Assembly (NCBI GenBank): GCA_965231005.1
Contig: OZ246405.1
Location: 103,204 to 167,203 of the forward strand
Origin: an uncultured Gammaproteobacteria bacterium
GTDB taxonomy: Bacteria; Patescibacteriota; Patescibacteriia; Magasanikbacterales; UBA922
Direction of reading: 5' to 3'
DNA length: 64,000 bases
A program made the translations under genes and the position numbers. The stretch's first letter is position 1, and every line of letters starts with the position of its first letter. The notes beneath the pieces are model-generated. The model searched no databases. It was not told where the DNA came from and was given only the letters and a program-made list of their open reading frames with translations. This document shows, in pieces, positions 38,821 to 51,102 of this stretch.

Positions 38821-39516
38821 TTATTCTTTCTTTTCAGCAGGAGCATCTTCTTTCTTTTCTTTTTCATCACCCTCTGCAGCATCGTCACCTTCCTTCTTTT
38901 CTCCATCAACCTCAACGTCTGCAACACTTGCTTCTTGTGTTTCTTCCATAGCTTTCAACTGTTCTTCAGTAAGTGGTGCTGCTACTTTTGCAACAAGTGT
39001 TGTGGGTTCATCTGTGACCTTGATTCCTTCTGGAAGAACAAGATCACCAATTGAAATTGCATCATCAAATGTTTTCAAAACAGTAAGATCAACTACAATA
39101 TTTGACACCAAATCTTTTGGAAGACATCGAACATTTACTTCTCGAACAGATCGAGACAATGTTCCACCAAGTTCTTTTACTGCTGCTGGCTCACCTTCAA
39201 ATTCAAGAGCAATAACAGCAGACATTTCTTCACCCATCTTAATTTGTCGCAAATCTACATGAGTGATTGTATCTTTTACTGGATCGTATTGGATATCTTG
39301 AATCAAAGATTTTACAGGTTCTGCACCATCTACTACAACATCAATCATGGTAGATTCACCAGCTTCTGAATAAAGTTTGTCAAATGTGTTGTAGTCAAAA
39401 GAAATAGAAACTGGGTCAATTTCTGGACCATAAAGTACTGCAGGAATAGAACCACTTTCACGCAAAGCTTGTGGACTTCCTGAATCACGTTTTGTCGCTG
39501 TAAGAGAAAAATTCAT
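38821..39516 (-). CDS. rplY: 50S ribosomal protein L25 / general stress protein Ctc with acidic/KE-rich C-terminal extension
   Basis: N-terminal L25 domain (TATKRDSGSPQALRESGSIPAVLYG). C-terminal KKEGDDAAEGDEKEKKE tail. Confidence 0.8.
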   Translation of the reverse strand: MNFSLTATKRDSGSPQALRESGSIPAVLYGPEIDPVSISFDYNTFDKLYSEAGESTMIDVVVDGAEPVKSLIQDIQYDPVKDTITHVDLRQIKMGEEMSAVIALEFEGEPAAVKELGGTLSRSVREVNVRCLPKDLVSNIVVDLTVLKTFDDAISIGDLVLPEGIKVTDEPTTLVAKVAAPLTEEQLKAMEETQEASVADVEVDGEKKEGDDAAEGDEKEKKEDAPAEKKE

Positions 39517-39542
39517 AATATTATTTAATAGTTATCAGTTCA

Positions 39543-39974
39543 TTATTTTTGTGATTGAAGCAAGCTACTAAATGGTTGTGATTGTTTATTAAGAATGTGA
39601 TGAAAATGCAATACATCATCTTCACTTATTGGTTCTTTATCGTAACAACGTACCACGTCGTCAGGATGTAAGTCAGTAAACAATCCAACAGAAGTCATGC
39701 CTATTGAAGAAAGAGTTACAATGGTCAACACTTTTCCTGAGCACACTTCACACGTAATGTGTACAAGATGCACACCAGCTTGTTCAAATAACACATCAAC
39801 TCCCTGTTCAGTATATGATTCGTCACATAAAGGACAATTTCGCATGTACGAAACACCTTGCTGCAACTTGTCAAAAAATGAACCTTGTTCAGGAGTTGGT
39901 AAAGATTTTTTTGACCCCATATAGCAATTTATTGTGTGGCCATAAATAATCTCACAGTGGCAACACTCTATCAT
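39543..39974 (-). CDS. Cys/His-rich hypothetical protein (multiple CxxC-like pairs)
   Basis: CCHCE, NCPLCDE and CEVCSG motifs suggest Zn binding. No family recognised. Confidence 0.4.
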   Translation of the reverse strand: MIECCHCEIIYGHTINCYMGSKKSLPTPEQGSFFDKLQQGVSYMRNCPLCDESYTEQGVDVLFEQAGVHLVHITCEVCSGKVLTIVTLSSIGMTSVGLFTDLHPDDVVRCYDKEPISEDDVLHFHHILNKQSQPFSSLLQSQK

Positions 39975-40022
39975 AAGTATAGAAAATCGTCAAGTATTTG
40001 TCTATGAAGAATAGAGTAGCCT

Positions 40023-40496
40023 GTGTACGAAATACCCCTTATTTTAAACAAAAGTGAAAAAAACAGGCACTTTTTGCGAATTCTTTTGACAAAAAAATAT
40101 CTGCACCTTATAGTGAATACACTATTATTAATCTCACTACATCTGCAAAAGGAGGCCAAACAACACAACCTACTACAAGAAATTTTAGAGGTTGTTATTT
40201 TTATTAAGGACAATGCTGTTTCTAAAGATGAATTCCAGGAATTTAGAAAAGAGGTAAATACTAAATTTAAAAAAATTGATGAAAGATTTGAGAAAGTAGA
40301 CGAAAGATTTGACCAGATTGATAAAAGATTCGAGAAAGTAGACGAAAGATTTGACCAGATTGATAAAAGATTCGAGAAAGTAGACGAAAAATTTAGACAA
40401 ACAGAAAATACAATCATTCATCATGTAGATGGACTTATTAAACTTCACACAAATCTTGAATCGAAAGTCAGAAAACTTGCATTGAGAAAAAATTAA
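40023..40496 (+). CDS. Coiled-coil protein with 14-aa tandem repeats (IDKRFEKVDERFDQ) x about 2.7; start uncertain
   Basis: 42-nt DNA tandem repeat at 40278-40400. A consensus promoter (TTGACA-17-TATAGT, 40086-40114) lies inside the annotated ORF, so the true start is unclear. Confidence 0.4.
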   Translation: MYEIPLILNKSEKNRHFLRILLTKKYLHLIVNTLLLISLHLQKEAKQHNLLQEILEVVIFIKDNAVSKDEFQEFRKEVNTKFKKIDERFEKVDERFDQIDKRFEKVDERFDQIDKRFEKVDEKFRQTENTIIHHVDGLIKLHTNLESKVRKLALRKN

Positions 40497-40520
40497 TTCA
40501 AAAAAACAAATAACATAATA

Positions 40521-40557
40521 AAAACACCTCGCCGCATTGGCGAGGTGTTTTGTGTTT
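40521..40557. terminator. Bidirectional rho-independent terminator
   Basis: ACACCTCGCC gcat TGGCGAGGTGT followed by TTTGTGTTT. Confidence 0.7.
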
Positions 40558-40981
40558 CCTGATCTATATGCTGACAAGCAAGATGTAGATCAGTCTCTCA
40601 CTGCTAGCAACAGCCAGACAAGGCGTATTGCGGGGAGAGAGTGCGAGTGTTTGTACTCACAAACCGTAATATGTATTGTACTGGCTGAAGCCAGCAGTGG
40701 GATAGGAAGTCTTCCCTCACTCCCCCTCTTGTAAAAAAGAGGAAGAGAGTTGGGTTGCGGACGATGGGTTTGAATACATCGTCCGCGAAACCCTCCTTGA
40801 TGAGATTCTGCTGCCGAGGCTTCGTCCTTTCAGACTAGAGGAACATCAATCACCCCTAAATGCTGTTTATGTCATCCACACAACTTCCGCCATCCCGAAG
40901 TGTGCTTCTCTATCAAGTCATTAATCTCCTGTATCGCGTTGCGATGAGTTGTTGAGCCGGACGAACCGACGAGCGGTTGAA

Positions 40982-41806
40982 CTACGCGGCGATCGCGGTG
41001 TCGGACGTGTTGGACGAGGTGTCGGGCTTGGTGGTGTCGGTCTCGAAGTTGGACGACCGACGGGGGATCTCACCGACCGGACCGCGCGGCTGGAACGTGA
41101 TCTCGTCCTGCCGCTTGGCGCCGAACCAGTTCACGCACTGCGAGCGCAGCTCGCCGTACTCGTTGCGCGGGTCGACGCGGATCGGACCGAGGTTGCCGTT
41201 GCGACCGAGGTGCTCACGACGCGTGGCCTCGAACTGCTCGTTCTCGCGCTGCCGACGCTTGTTCACGAAGTTCCGACGACGCGCGCGCTGCTTCTGCCGA
41301 TCCTGCCCCTTGCCGTTGCGCTTGGCCTCGCGCTCGCGCTGCTCAGCCGCCTTCTCCGCCTCCTCCGCCTTGATGTCGGCGACGAAGTCGTCGTAGGTGA
41401 ACGAGAAACGCTCGCACAGCTGGCGGAGCTTGTCCTGATCACCGGCGAAGTAGGCCCGACGACACGCACGGATCGCGCGCTGCAGGTCATGCTCGCGCTC
41501 GCGCATGGTACGCTGGTCGTCCTTCAGGCGCTGCTGGATCTGGGCCTCGCGGACCGCTTCCTTCAGCTCCGTCAGCTTCAGCCCCTTGATCTCGTCATCG
41601 GACATGCCAGCCTGGACGGCCTTGTTCTGCCAGTAGGACGTGGTGCGCTTGTCCGTGGACACGCCGGCCAGGCCCTTGAACATGTTCGGATCGGGCGCGA
41701 GCTCGGACATCTTGACACGCTTCAGACGCGGCGCCATGGACTTGACGTTGACGCGCTTGACGTTGGGGCGCTTGTTGGACGTGCTCTTCTTGCTGCTGCT
41801 AGCCAT
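40982..41806 (-). CDS. Highly charged (K/R/E/D/Q-rich) 274-aa hypothetical protein in a 65% GC segment
   Basis: RBS GGAGAAGAAAA then ATG (MASSSKKSTS...). Coiled-coil-like charged repeats. The antisense 325-aa ORF is Leu/Arg/Val/Gly/Ala-rich, as expected for antisense translation of a GC-rich charged-residue gene. Confidence 0.45.
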   Translation of the reverse strand: MASSSKKSTSNKRPNVKRVNVKSMAPRLKRVKMSELAPDPNMFKGLAGVSTDKRTTSYWQNKAVQAGMSDDEIKGLKLTELKEAVREAQIQQRLKDDQRTMREREHDLQRAIRACRRAYFAGDQDKLRQLCERFSFTYDDFVADIKAEEAEKAAEQREREAKRNGKGQDRQKQRARRRNFVNKRRQRENEQFEATRREHLGRNGNLGPIRVDPRNEYGELRSQCVNWFGAKRQDEITFQPRGPVGEIPRRSSNFETDTTKPDTSSNTSDTAIAA

Positions 41807-42380
41807 TTTTCTTCTCCGTTGAAATGGCAACCTATGTGTAAACTCGGTCTGAGTTCTATAGCGCACCAATCCAGGCACGCCAACCACTGTTTTCTTTCAT
41901 GCACCGTGCAATCAGATAAACACTAGGAGTTCGGTAAATCCCCCCAGCGTATACACCTATGGCTAGGCATACGTTGGGAGAATTTTCCTCAGCAACAATT
42001 GTTGACTTGATATGGAAAGAACGTTTGTTTGTTTGAGTTTGATTCAACAGAGAAGAGCGACGGACGTGTTGGGCAGGTAATATATTTTGTCCCTCAGCTG
42101 TTCGCTCTTTTCTGTTACCTCAAACATACTCTTTCTGCAATCCGGCCTTTAGGCCGGAAAACAAAACACCTTCTTGGTAGAAGGTGTGATGCGAAATGCT
42201 TGAATTTCACTATCTTGTTTATTCGAGTGTGAAACAAGATAATGTACATTTCCACCAATCCTCTCTCCAGAGATGATGAATAGTTGGGTTGTAAGGGCCG
42301 TACCTACGACAAACTCTTTTTGATTTTTAACAGCACAGTATAACACAAAAAAAAGGTTTTGTCAAGACCCTTCCCTGCTT

Positions 42381-42412
42381 GAAAAAATAAAAAAATGGCT
42401 ATACTAAGCCAA
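42381..42412 (-). terminator. Rho-independent terminator after ftsW/rodA-type gene (second of two hairpins)
   Basis: TGGCTTAGTATAGCCA followed by TTTTTTTATTTTTT on the minus strand. Preceded by a CTTGGCT..AGCCAAG hairpin. Confidence 0.7.
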
Positions 42413-42473
42413 ATATTTAGTAATCCTTGGCTACACTAAGCCAAGTTTTATTAATAATGTTCCCTCTAGGAAA

Positions 42474-43577
42474 TCACCGCTTTCCAGACAACACAACGCT
42501 TTGCACTATTCCAATCATTGCAAAATTAATCAAAAGTGAAGAACCACCATAACTAATAAAAGGAAGAGTCAATCCAGTCACAGGAAGTAGACCAACAGTG
42601 GCTCCAATATTAACAATCATTTGAATAAAAAAGAAAAGTAACACTCCCAACACAACATAGGCAGAAAAATCATCTCTTGTTTGGCGTGCTATGGAAAGAA
42701 GACGCCACAAAAGTAAAAAATATAATCCCAAAACAAGTCCTACACCAATAAATCCAAGCTCTTCCCCAATAACTGCAAATATAAAGTCAGTATGTGCTTC
42801 TGGCAAAAAATGTAATTGACTCTGAGAACCAAAACCAAGTCCCCTTCCAAAAAATCTTCCAGCACCAATTGCAATCATTGACTGCTGCACATTATATCCT
42901 GCACCAAGCGGATCACGCTCAGGTTGCAAAAACGTGACAAGACGATCTTTTTGATATGGTGCAAAAATAAAAAACCATCCGATAATAAATAATAGTAATC
43001 CTGATCCAAGAATATATCCAATGTATCTTTTTTTTGTTCCAGTCAACACAAGAGATCCAAACCATATTGCAGCAATAATTAATGCTGAACCAAAATCTGG
43101 TTGGAGCATAATAAGTGCAACAATACTGAACATAATCAATCCACTCGAAACAACAAATTGCCAACTATCAAATCGTCGATTGTATTTGTAAATCCAATTT
43201 GAAATAAAAAGAATAAAACCGAGTTTTGCAAACTCAGCCGGTTGAAAAGAAAAACCTCCAAACCGAAACCACCCTGTTGTTCCACGAATTGTTTGTCCCA
43301 AAAATAACACTGCAATTAAGAGAATCAAAGAAGCAACATAGAGCCATTGAGAAGCTGACTGGTACACACTTATATGGATAAATGATGCAACCAACAAAAC
43401 AATAATACCAAGTATGAGTGCTATTGACTGTGTTGGAAAATAAATAAGTGCCTCACCTTGGGAAAGGTCAACACTATAAATTGCTGCTAGTCCAATTGCC
43501 GTTAAAATAAAAACAAGGATCGCAAGTATCCAGTCAAATCTATAGACAAGAATGAATTTTCTTGAAAGGAGTGACAT
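42474..43577 (-). CDS. SEDS-family peptidoglycan glycosyltransferase (FtsW/RodA)
   Basis: 367 aa, 10 TM, conserved FLPEAHTDFIFAVIGEELGFIG loop. Confidence 0.85.
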   Translation of the reverse strand: MSLLSRKFILVYRFDWILAILVFILTAIGLAAIYSVDLSQGEALIYFPTQSIALILGIIVLLVASFIHISVYQSASQWLYVASLILLIAVLFLGQTIRGTTGWFRFGGFSFQPAEFAKLGFILFISNWIYKYNRRFDSWQFVVSSGLIMFSIVALIMLQPDFGSALIIAAIWFGSLVLTGTKKRYIGYILGSGLLLFIIGWFFIFAPYQKDRLVTFLQPERDPLGAGYNVQQSMIAIGAGRFFGRGLGFGSQSQLHFLPEAHTDFIFAVIGEELGFIGVGLVLGLYFLLLWRLLSIARQTRDDFSAYVVLGVLLFFFIQMIVNIGATVGLLPVTGLTLPFISYGGSSLLINFAMIGIVQSVVLSGKR

Positions 43578-43682
43578 ACGAAATTACAGTACCATATTTA
43601 AGATACAAGGCACAAGATACAAAAAACCTCTGAACGAGGTCTGATAAAATTGGAAAAGGAGGAATCAAGCAGCCTCCTTTTT

Positions 43683-43736
43683 GTCATCTCGAGCGAACGG
43701 AGTGAGCCTGCCTGCCGGCAGGCAGGTCGAGATGAC
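43683..43736. repeat. GC-rich composite palindrome: CCTGCCTGCCGGCAGGCAGG nested in GTCATCTCGA..TCGAGATGAC
   Basis: Perfect 20-bp palindrome at 43707-43726. The same 20-mer recurs at 63119-63138. Confidence 0.7.
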
Positions 43737-43760
43737 AGACAAGCCCTATTATCCTAAAAC

Positions 43761-46914
<3,154 letters not shown>

Positions 46915-46924
46915 ATAGAATCAA

Positions 46925-46958
46925 AGACAAGGCTATCACAGGCCTTGTTTTTTTATGC
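46925..46958 (+). terminator. Rho-independent terminator after gyrB
   Basis: ACAAGGC tatcacag GCCTTGT followed by TTTTTTT. Confidence 0.7.
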
Positions 46959-46996
46959 CAATTTTAGCCAAATATTCAATATTCCACCCTTTAGGC

Positions 46997-47025
46997 TTGA
47001 CAATAAGGCAAAATCTATATATACT
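46997..47025 (+). promoter_or_regulatory. Sigma70 promoter for secE-nusG-rplK (TTGACA-17-TATACT)
   Basis: Consensus hexamers with 17-bp spacing. Confidence 0.6.
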
Positions 47026-47071
47026 AACGCCATCAATTCCGGCCCAGGGCCGTTTTTAAATACTTGAAAGT

Positions 47072-47260
47072 ATGAACTTCATCAAAAAGGCACAAGACTA
47101 CTTCCGTGGAGCTATATCTGAACTCCGAAAAGTCACATGGCCAACACAGAAGCAAACAACAAATTATTCAATAGTTGTTATTGTAATGACAGTCGGAGTA
47201 GCCGTTTTCTTCGGTGTTCTCGATTATATACTAAATATTATCCTTGGATTGGTACTATAA
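47072..47260 (+). CDS. secE: Preprotein translocase subunit SecE
   Basis: 62 aa, single C-terminal TM. Sits upstream of nusG in the conserved synteny. Confidence 0.7.
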   Translation: MNFIKKAQDYFRGAISELRKVTWPTQKQTTNYSIVVIVMTVGVAVFFGVLDYILNIILGLVL

Positions 47261-47277
47261 ATCCTCACATTTTTATA

Positions 47278-47822
47278 TGGCAAAACAAACATTAGAACTC
47301 GGCCGCAGATGGTATGTGCTCCACACATACAGCGGATACGAGGAAAACGTAAAAAGAAATCTTGAACAGCGTATCGATACATTTGATATGTCTGATAAGA
47401 TTTTTACTGTTTTAGTTCCAAAAGAAAAGAAAATTAAAATCAAACATGGAAAGCGACAAGTAGTAGAAGAAAAAATCTTCCCAGGATATGTTCTTGTAGA
47501 AATGATTGTGAACGATGATTCATGGTATGTTGTTAGAAACACACCAAACGTAACCGGATTTGTCGGTTCTGGAACAACTCCTGTCCCTGTTGATCCAAAA
47601 GAAGTTGAATCACTCATGGGTCGTATGACTGTTGAAGAACCAACACATAAAATTGATGTTGCTGTTGATGACCCAATTAGAATTATTGATGGACCATTTA
47701 AGAATATGGAAGGAAAAGTATCTTCTGTTGACGAAGCACGTGGAAAAATTAAAGTATTGGTCAGCATGTTTGGAAGAGAAACACCGGTTGAGCTTGATGC
47801 ACTGCAAGTGAAAAAATTGTAA
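47278..47822 (+). CDS. nusG: Transcription termination/antitermination factor NusG
   Basis: WYVLHTYSGYE NGN domain and C-terminal KOW. Start at MAKQTLEL. Confidence 0.85.
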
Positions 47823-47881
47823 ACAATATAGAATGTCCTAACGGAGCTTCTCATTCTATTTGTAAAATATAATGTAACAAT

Positions 47882-48307
47882 ATGGCAAAAAAATTACTCA
47901 CACAAATTAAATTGCAAATTCCAGGTGGAGCTGCAAACCCTGCACCTCCAGTTGGTCCAGCACTTGGACAACACGGATTGAACATCCAAGACTTTTGTAC
48001 ACAGTTCAACAACAAAACATCTGACAAAAAAGGCGAAGTTGTTCCTGTAGTAATCAATGTGTATGAAGACAGAAGTTTTGACTTCATTACAAAAGTTGCT
48101 CCTGCTAGTGAATTGGTAAAAAAAGCAGCTGGAATCAAAAAAGGTTCTGGAAATCCATTGAAAGACAAAGTTGCTAAAATCACAAAAGCACAATTGAAAG
48201 AAATCGCAGAAAAGAAAATGCCAGACCTAAATGCAAACGATATTGATGCAGCAATGAAAATCATTGCAGGGACTGCAAAACAAATGGGTGTAACAATTGA
48301 AGGATAA
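47882..48307 (+). CDS. rplK: 50S ribosomal protein L11
   Basis: [11 protein letters not shown] motif; 141 aa. Confidence 0.9.
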   Translation: MAKKLLTQIKLQIPGGAANPAPPVGPALGQHGLNIQDFCTQFNNKTSDKKGEVVPVVINVYEDRSFDFITKVAPASELVKKAAGIKKGSGNPLKDKVAKITKAQLKEIAEKKMPDLNANDIDAAMKIIAGTAKQMGVTIEG

Positions 48308-48321
48308 TATAGATATATACA

Positions 48322-48355
48322 GAAAAACTCGCCAACCATGGCGAGTTTTTGTTAT
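48322..48355 (+). terminator. Rho-independent terminator after rplK
   Basis: CTCGCC aaccatg GGCGAG followed by TTTTTG. Confidence 0.7.
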
Positions 48356-48385
48356 ACTTGTTTCATCCAAGTAAATAAACTATAT

Positions 48386-49309
48386 ATGAAAAAGACATTT
48401 GCTTCGCCAAAAATTGCCATTATCGGCGCTGGAGCAGTAGGATCAACAGCTGCCTTTGCGTCAACAATAAAAAACGTAGCATCTGAAATTATTTTAATTG
48501 ATATTAATGAAGACAAGGAAGCAGGCGAAGTCATGGATATTACTGATGGTCTTTGTTTTGTTGAAACAGGATGTGTAAAAGGTGCTGACTTTAAGGACGC
48601 CCGCAATGCAGATATCCTCGTTATTACTGCAGGGGCACCACAGAAAAAAGGAGAAACTCGATTAGATCTTGTAGAAAAAAATAAACATATTCTCCGATCA
48701 ATTTTTAAGAGTATTGGAAAAGTAAAGCGAACAGCTATCATTTTAGTTGTTGCAAATCCTGTTGATGTACTAACATACGAAGCACAAAAAATTAGCAAAC
48801 TTCCACACGGACAAGTGTTTGGAAGTGGTACAACACTTGATACTGCACGACTTCGATCACATCTGTCCTCACACTTTCATGTAAGTCCACAAGATGTGCA
48901 AGGTTTTGTTCTTGGAGAACACGGCGATAGTGAATTTGTGGCCTGGAGTACTGTAAGCATTGGAGGGATTCCTGTACTAAAAAGTAAAAAATTTTCAAAA
49001 ACACTTGCAAACAAGATAGAAAAAAAAGTGAGAAAAGAAGCGTACGAAATTATTAACCGAAAAGGAGCAACGTTTTATGGAATCGGATTAGTTATCACAG
49101 ATATTTTAGAAGCAATCCTATACAACCAACATAAAATTATGCCAGTAACAACATATATGAAATCATGGAATGGAATTTCTGGCGTCTGTCTTGGTGCTCC
49201 AGCTGTTATTGGAAGAATGGGAGTAGAAAAACATTGGGAGTTGCAATTAACCACACAAGAAAAAAAGAAATTAAAAAAATCTGCAGATATAATAAAATCA
49301 TATTTGTAG
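48386..49309 (+). CDS. L-lactate/malate dehydrogenase (LDH/MDH family)
   Basis: KIAIIGAGAVGS Rossmann motif and LDH-family core. Start at MKKTFASPK. Confidence 0.8.
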   Translation: MKKTFASPKIAIIGAGAVGSTAAFASTIKNVASEIILIDINEDKEAGEVMDITDGLCFVETGCVKGADFKDARNADILVITAGAPQKKGETRLDLVEKNKHILRSIFKSIGKVKRTAIILVVANPVDVLTYEAQKISKLPHGQVFGSGTTLDTARLRSHLSSHFHVSPQDVQGFVLGEHGDSEFVAWSTVSIGGIPVLKSKKFSKTLANKIEKKVRKEAYEIINRKGATFYGIGLVITDILEAILYNQHKIMPVTTYMKSWNGISGVCLGAPAVIGRMGVEKHWELQLTTQEKKKLKKSADIIKSYL

Positions 49310-49328
49310 AACAATTTTTTTTGTCACT

Positions 49329-50150
49329 ATGCAGATTAAAAAAATAATTATTCTCTCTCTTGCACTCATACTTGTTGGTGCAGGATGTTCGGATACACCA
49401 GAAGAACCAACAAAGGTGGTTGTACAACCAATAAAAAAAGAGATAGTGAAAAAACCAGAATCCTCGCCACCAATTGAAAAAGCATATCAATTTTGTAAAT
49501 CTCAAGGATACAATATTGTTATGCATTATGACACAATCGCAAAAAAGAATGTTATTAGCTGTGTCTTTTCAAATAATACACAATGTGAAGCAGTACATTA
49601 TCTAAAAGGAATGTGTGGGCCAGATGCTGGTGCGCGTATTGCTACAGGACCAATAGACAATAACCTCACTGCTTTGAGGTATTGCGATAGAACCAGCCCT
49701 CCAGTCTGTGGTGCAGATGGACACAATTATTCAAATCACTGCGTAGCAGCACAGCAGAATGTAAAAATTCTGCATGAAGGACTTTGTACAGAAAGTGAGC
49801 AGGCAAACCCACTGACCACACAATCGCCTACAGCAGCAATTCCAAACACATCAAACAATGGTAGTGTTGTTCCTCAAAACGAACAGCAAACAAAAGAACC
49901 AGCTCCATGGCTAAGTACACTGTTTGATTTGATTCAATCTCAGCAACCACTTAATCCTCGGACATTTGTAGAACGGTGCAACTATGCTGGTGAGACCTAT
50001 TATCACTATGTTGAAGGCTGTAAAAACTGTTTCAGTATTCTCTATAATTACGATAGCACCATAGCATGTTTCCCAAATAATGATATAAATATCTCCTGTC
50101 CAGGAAACTTTAAAGGAAACTGTACAAGAATCTGGAGAGATAATCGGTAA
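49329..50150 (+). CDS. Lipoprotein with Kazal-type inhibitor-like cysteine domain(s)
   Basis: Lipobox LVGAGC. CDRTSPPVCGADGHNYSNHCVAAQQNVKILHEGLC matches the Kazal pattern C..PVCG.DG..Y.N.C...C. Confidence 0.5.
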   Translation: MQIKKIIILSLALILVGAGCSDTPEEPTKVVVQPIKKEIVKKPESSPPIEKAYQFCKSQGYNIVMHYDTIAKKNVISCVFSNNTQCEAVHYLKGMCGPDAGARIATGPIDNNLTALRYCDRTSPPVCGADGHNYSNHCVAAQQNVKILHEGLCTESEQANPLTTQSPTAAIPNTSNNGSVVPQNEQQTKEPAPWLSTLFDLIQSQQPLNPRTFVERCNYAGETYYHYVEGCKNCFSILYNYDSTIACFPNNDINISCPGNFKGNCTRIWRDNR

Positions 50151-50285
50151 ATGCTGTAAATGCCTTAAAAGCCAAAAAGGCTTTAAAGGCTGAAAGAACC
50201 CTATACATCGATAAGGAGTCTCTCAATGAAAATGCAAAGAGCCTTTAAAGCTTTTACGGCATTTATGGCCTTTTGGGCATTTTAG
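50145..50285. repeat. Copy 3 of the GCCTTTAAAGGC palindromic repeat family (two inverted half-arrays) abutting the rplA promoter
   Basis: GCCTTAAAAGCCAAAAAGGCTTTAAAGGC ... GCCTTTAAAGCTTTTACGGCATTTATGGCCTTTTGGGCA. Confidence 0.7.
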
Positions 50286-50289
50286 AGAC

Positions 50290-50330
50290 TTGACAAAAAA
50301 CCGAAACGTGGGTATAATGCGCCCACGTTT
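50290..50330 (+). promoter_or_regulatory. Sigma70 promoter of rplA (TTGACA-17-TATAAT) with 9-bp inverted repeat AAACGTGGG..CCCACGTTT straddling the -10
   Basis: Perfect consensus hexamers. The palindrome arms lie at 50303-50311 and 50321-50329. Confidence 0.65.
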
Positions 50331-50385
50331 TTATTCATGTGGGATCTGGCCAAAATCCAGAGTTTGTACCACATAATATATATTT

Positions 50386-51087
50386 ATGAAAAAAGCAAAG
50401 AACAAAGGAGTTTCTAAGCGCATGCAAGAAAACCTTGCAAAAATCGACAAGACAAGAACATATAGTCTTGACGAAGCTATTTCTCTTGTAAAAGAGACAA
50501 GTACCGTAAAATTTGATGCTGCTGTTGAAGTTCACATACGACTTGGTATTGATCCAAAAAAGAGTGACCAACAAATCCGCTCAACAGTAACACTTCCTCA
50601 CGGAACTGGTAAAACAAAAAAGATTGCAGCATTTGTAGGAAACAACGACGAAGATGCAGCAAAAAAAGCAGGAGCTGATTTTGTTTACGGAGAAGAAGAA
50701 ATCAAAAAAATTAAAAACACAGGAAAAATTGAATTTGATGTAGCAGTTGCTACACCAGAAATGATGCCAAAACTTGCAGGTATTGCAAAAGTTCTTGGAC
50801 CACGTGGGCTTATGCCAAATCCAAAGACTGACACTGTAGGTCCTGATGTGGCAAAAATGGTTGAGCAGTTGAAAAAAGGAAAATCATCATTTAAAAATGA
50901 TGATACAGCAAATATTCATCAACCAATCGGAAAAGTGAGCTTTGAAGATGGAAAACTAAGAGAAAATTTTGAAGCATTTATTGCTGTCCTTAAAAAGGTA
51001 AAACCAAATTCAGCAAAAGGAACATACTTGAAATCTGTATACCTTACAAGTAGCATGGGGCCAAGTGTAAAGATTGCAATGGACTAA
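50386..51087 (+). CDS. rplA: 50S ribosomal protein L1
   Basis: 233 aa, typical L1 sequence (VEVHIRLGIDPKKSDQQIR). Confidence 0.9.
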   Translation: MKKAKNKGVSKRMQENLAKIDKTRTYSLDEAISLVKETSTVKFDAAVEVHIRLGIDPKKSDQQIRSTVTLPHGTGKTKKIAAFVGNNDEDAAKKAGADFVYGEEEIKKIKNTGKIEFDVAVATPEMMPKLAGIAKVLGPRGLMPNPKTDTVGPDVAKMVEQLKKGKSSFKNDDTANIHQPIGKVSFEDGKLRENFEAFIAVLKKVKPNSAKGTYLKSVYLTSSMGPSVKIAMD

Positions 51088-51102
51088 TCCAACTTACAAC
51101 AT

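Noticed and set aside
40278-40400. Direct tandem repeats that could be mistaken for a CRISPR array
   Set aside because: The 42-nt units are contiguous with no spacers and lie in-frame within a coiled-coil ORF. No cas genes present.
40560-40940. Tested the non-coding flanks of the GC-rich segment for tmRNA, RNase P, SRP and 6S RNA signatures
   Set aside because: No T-arm/CCA end, no RNase P GGAAAGTCCGG or GNRA-tetraloop P-helices, and no SRP domain IV consensus were found by eye. Left as unclassified structured DNA. A covariance-model scan would be decisive.
40949-41926. 325-aa plus-strand ORF and several 60-139-aa ORFs on both strands in the 65% GC segment
   Set aside because: Leu/Arg/Val/Gly/Ala-rich antisense pattern. 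The minus-strand charged-protein ORF has an RBS and coherent composition.
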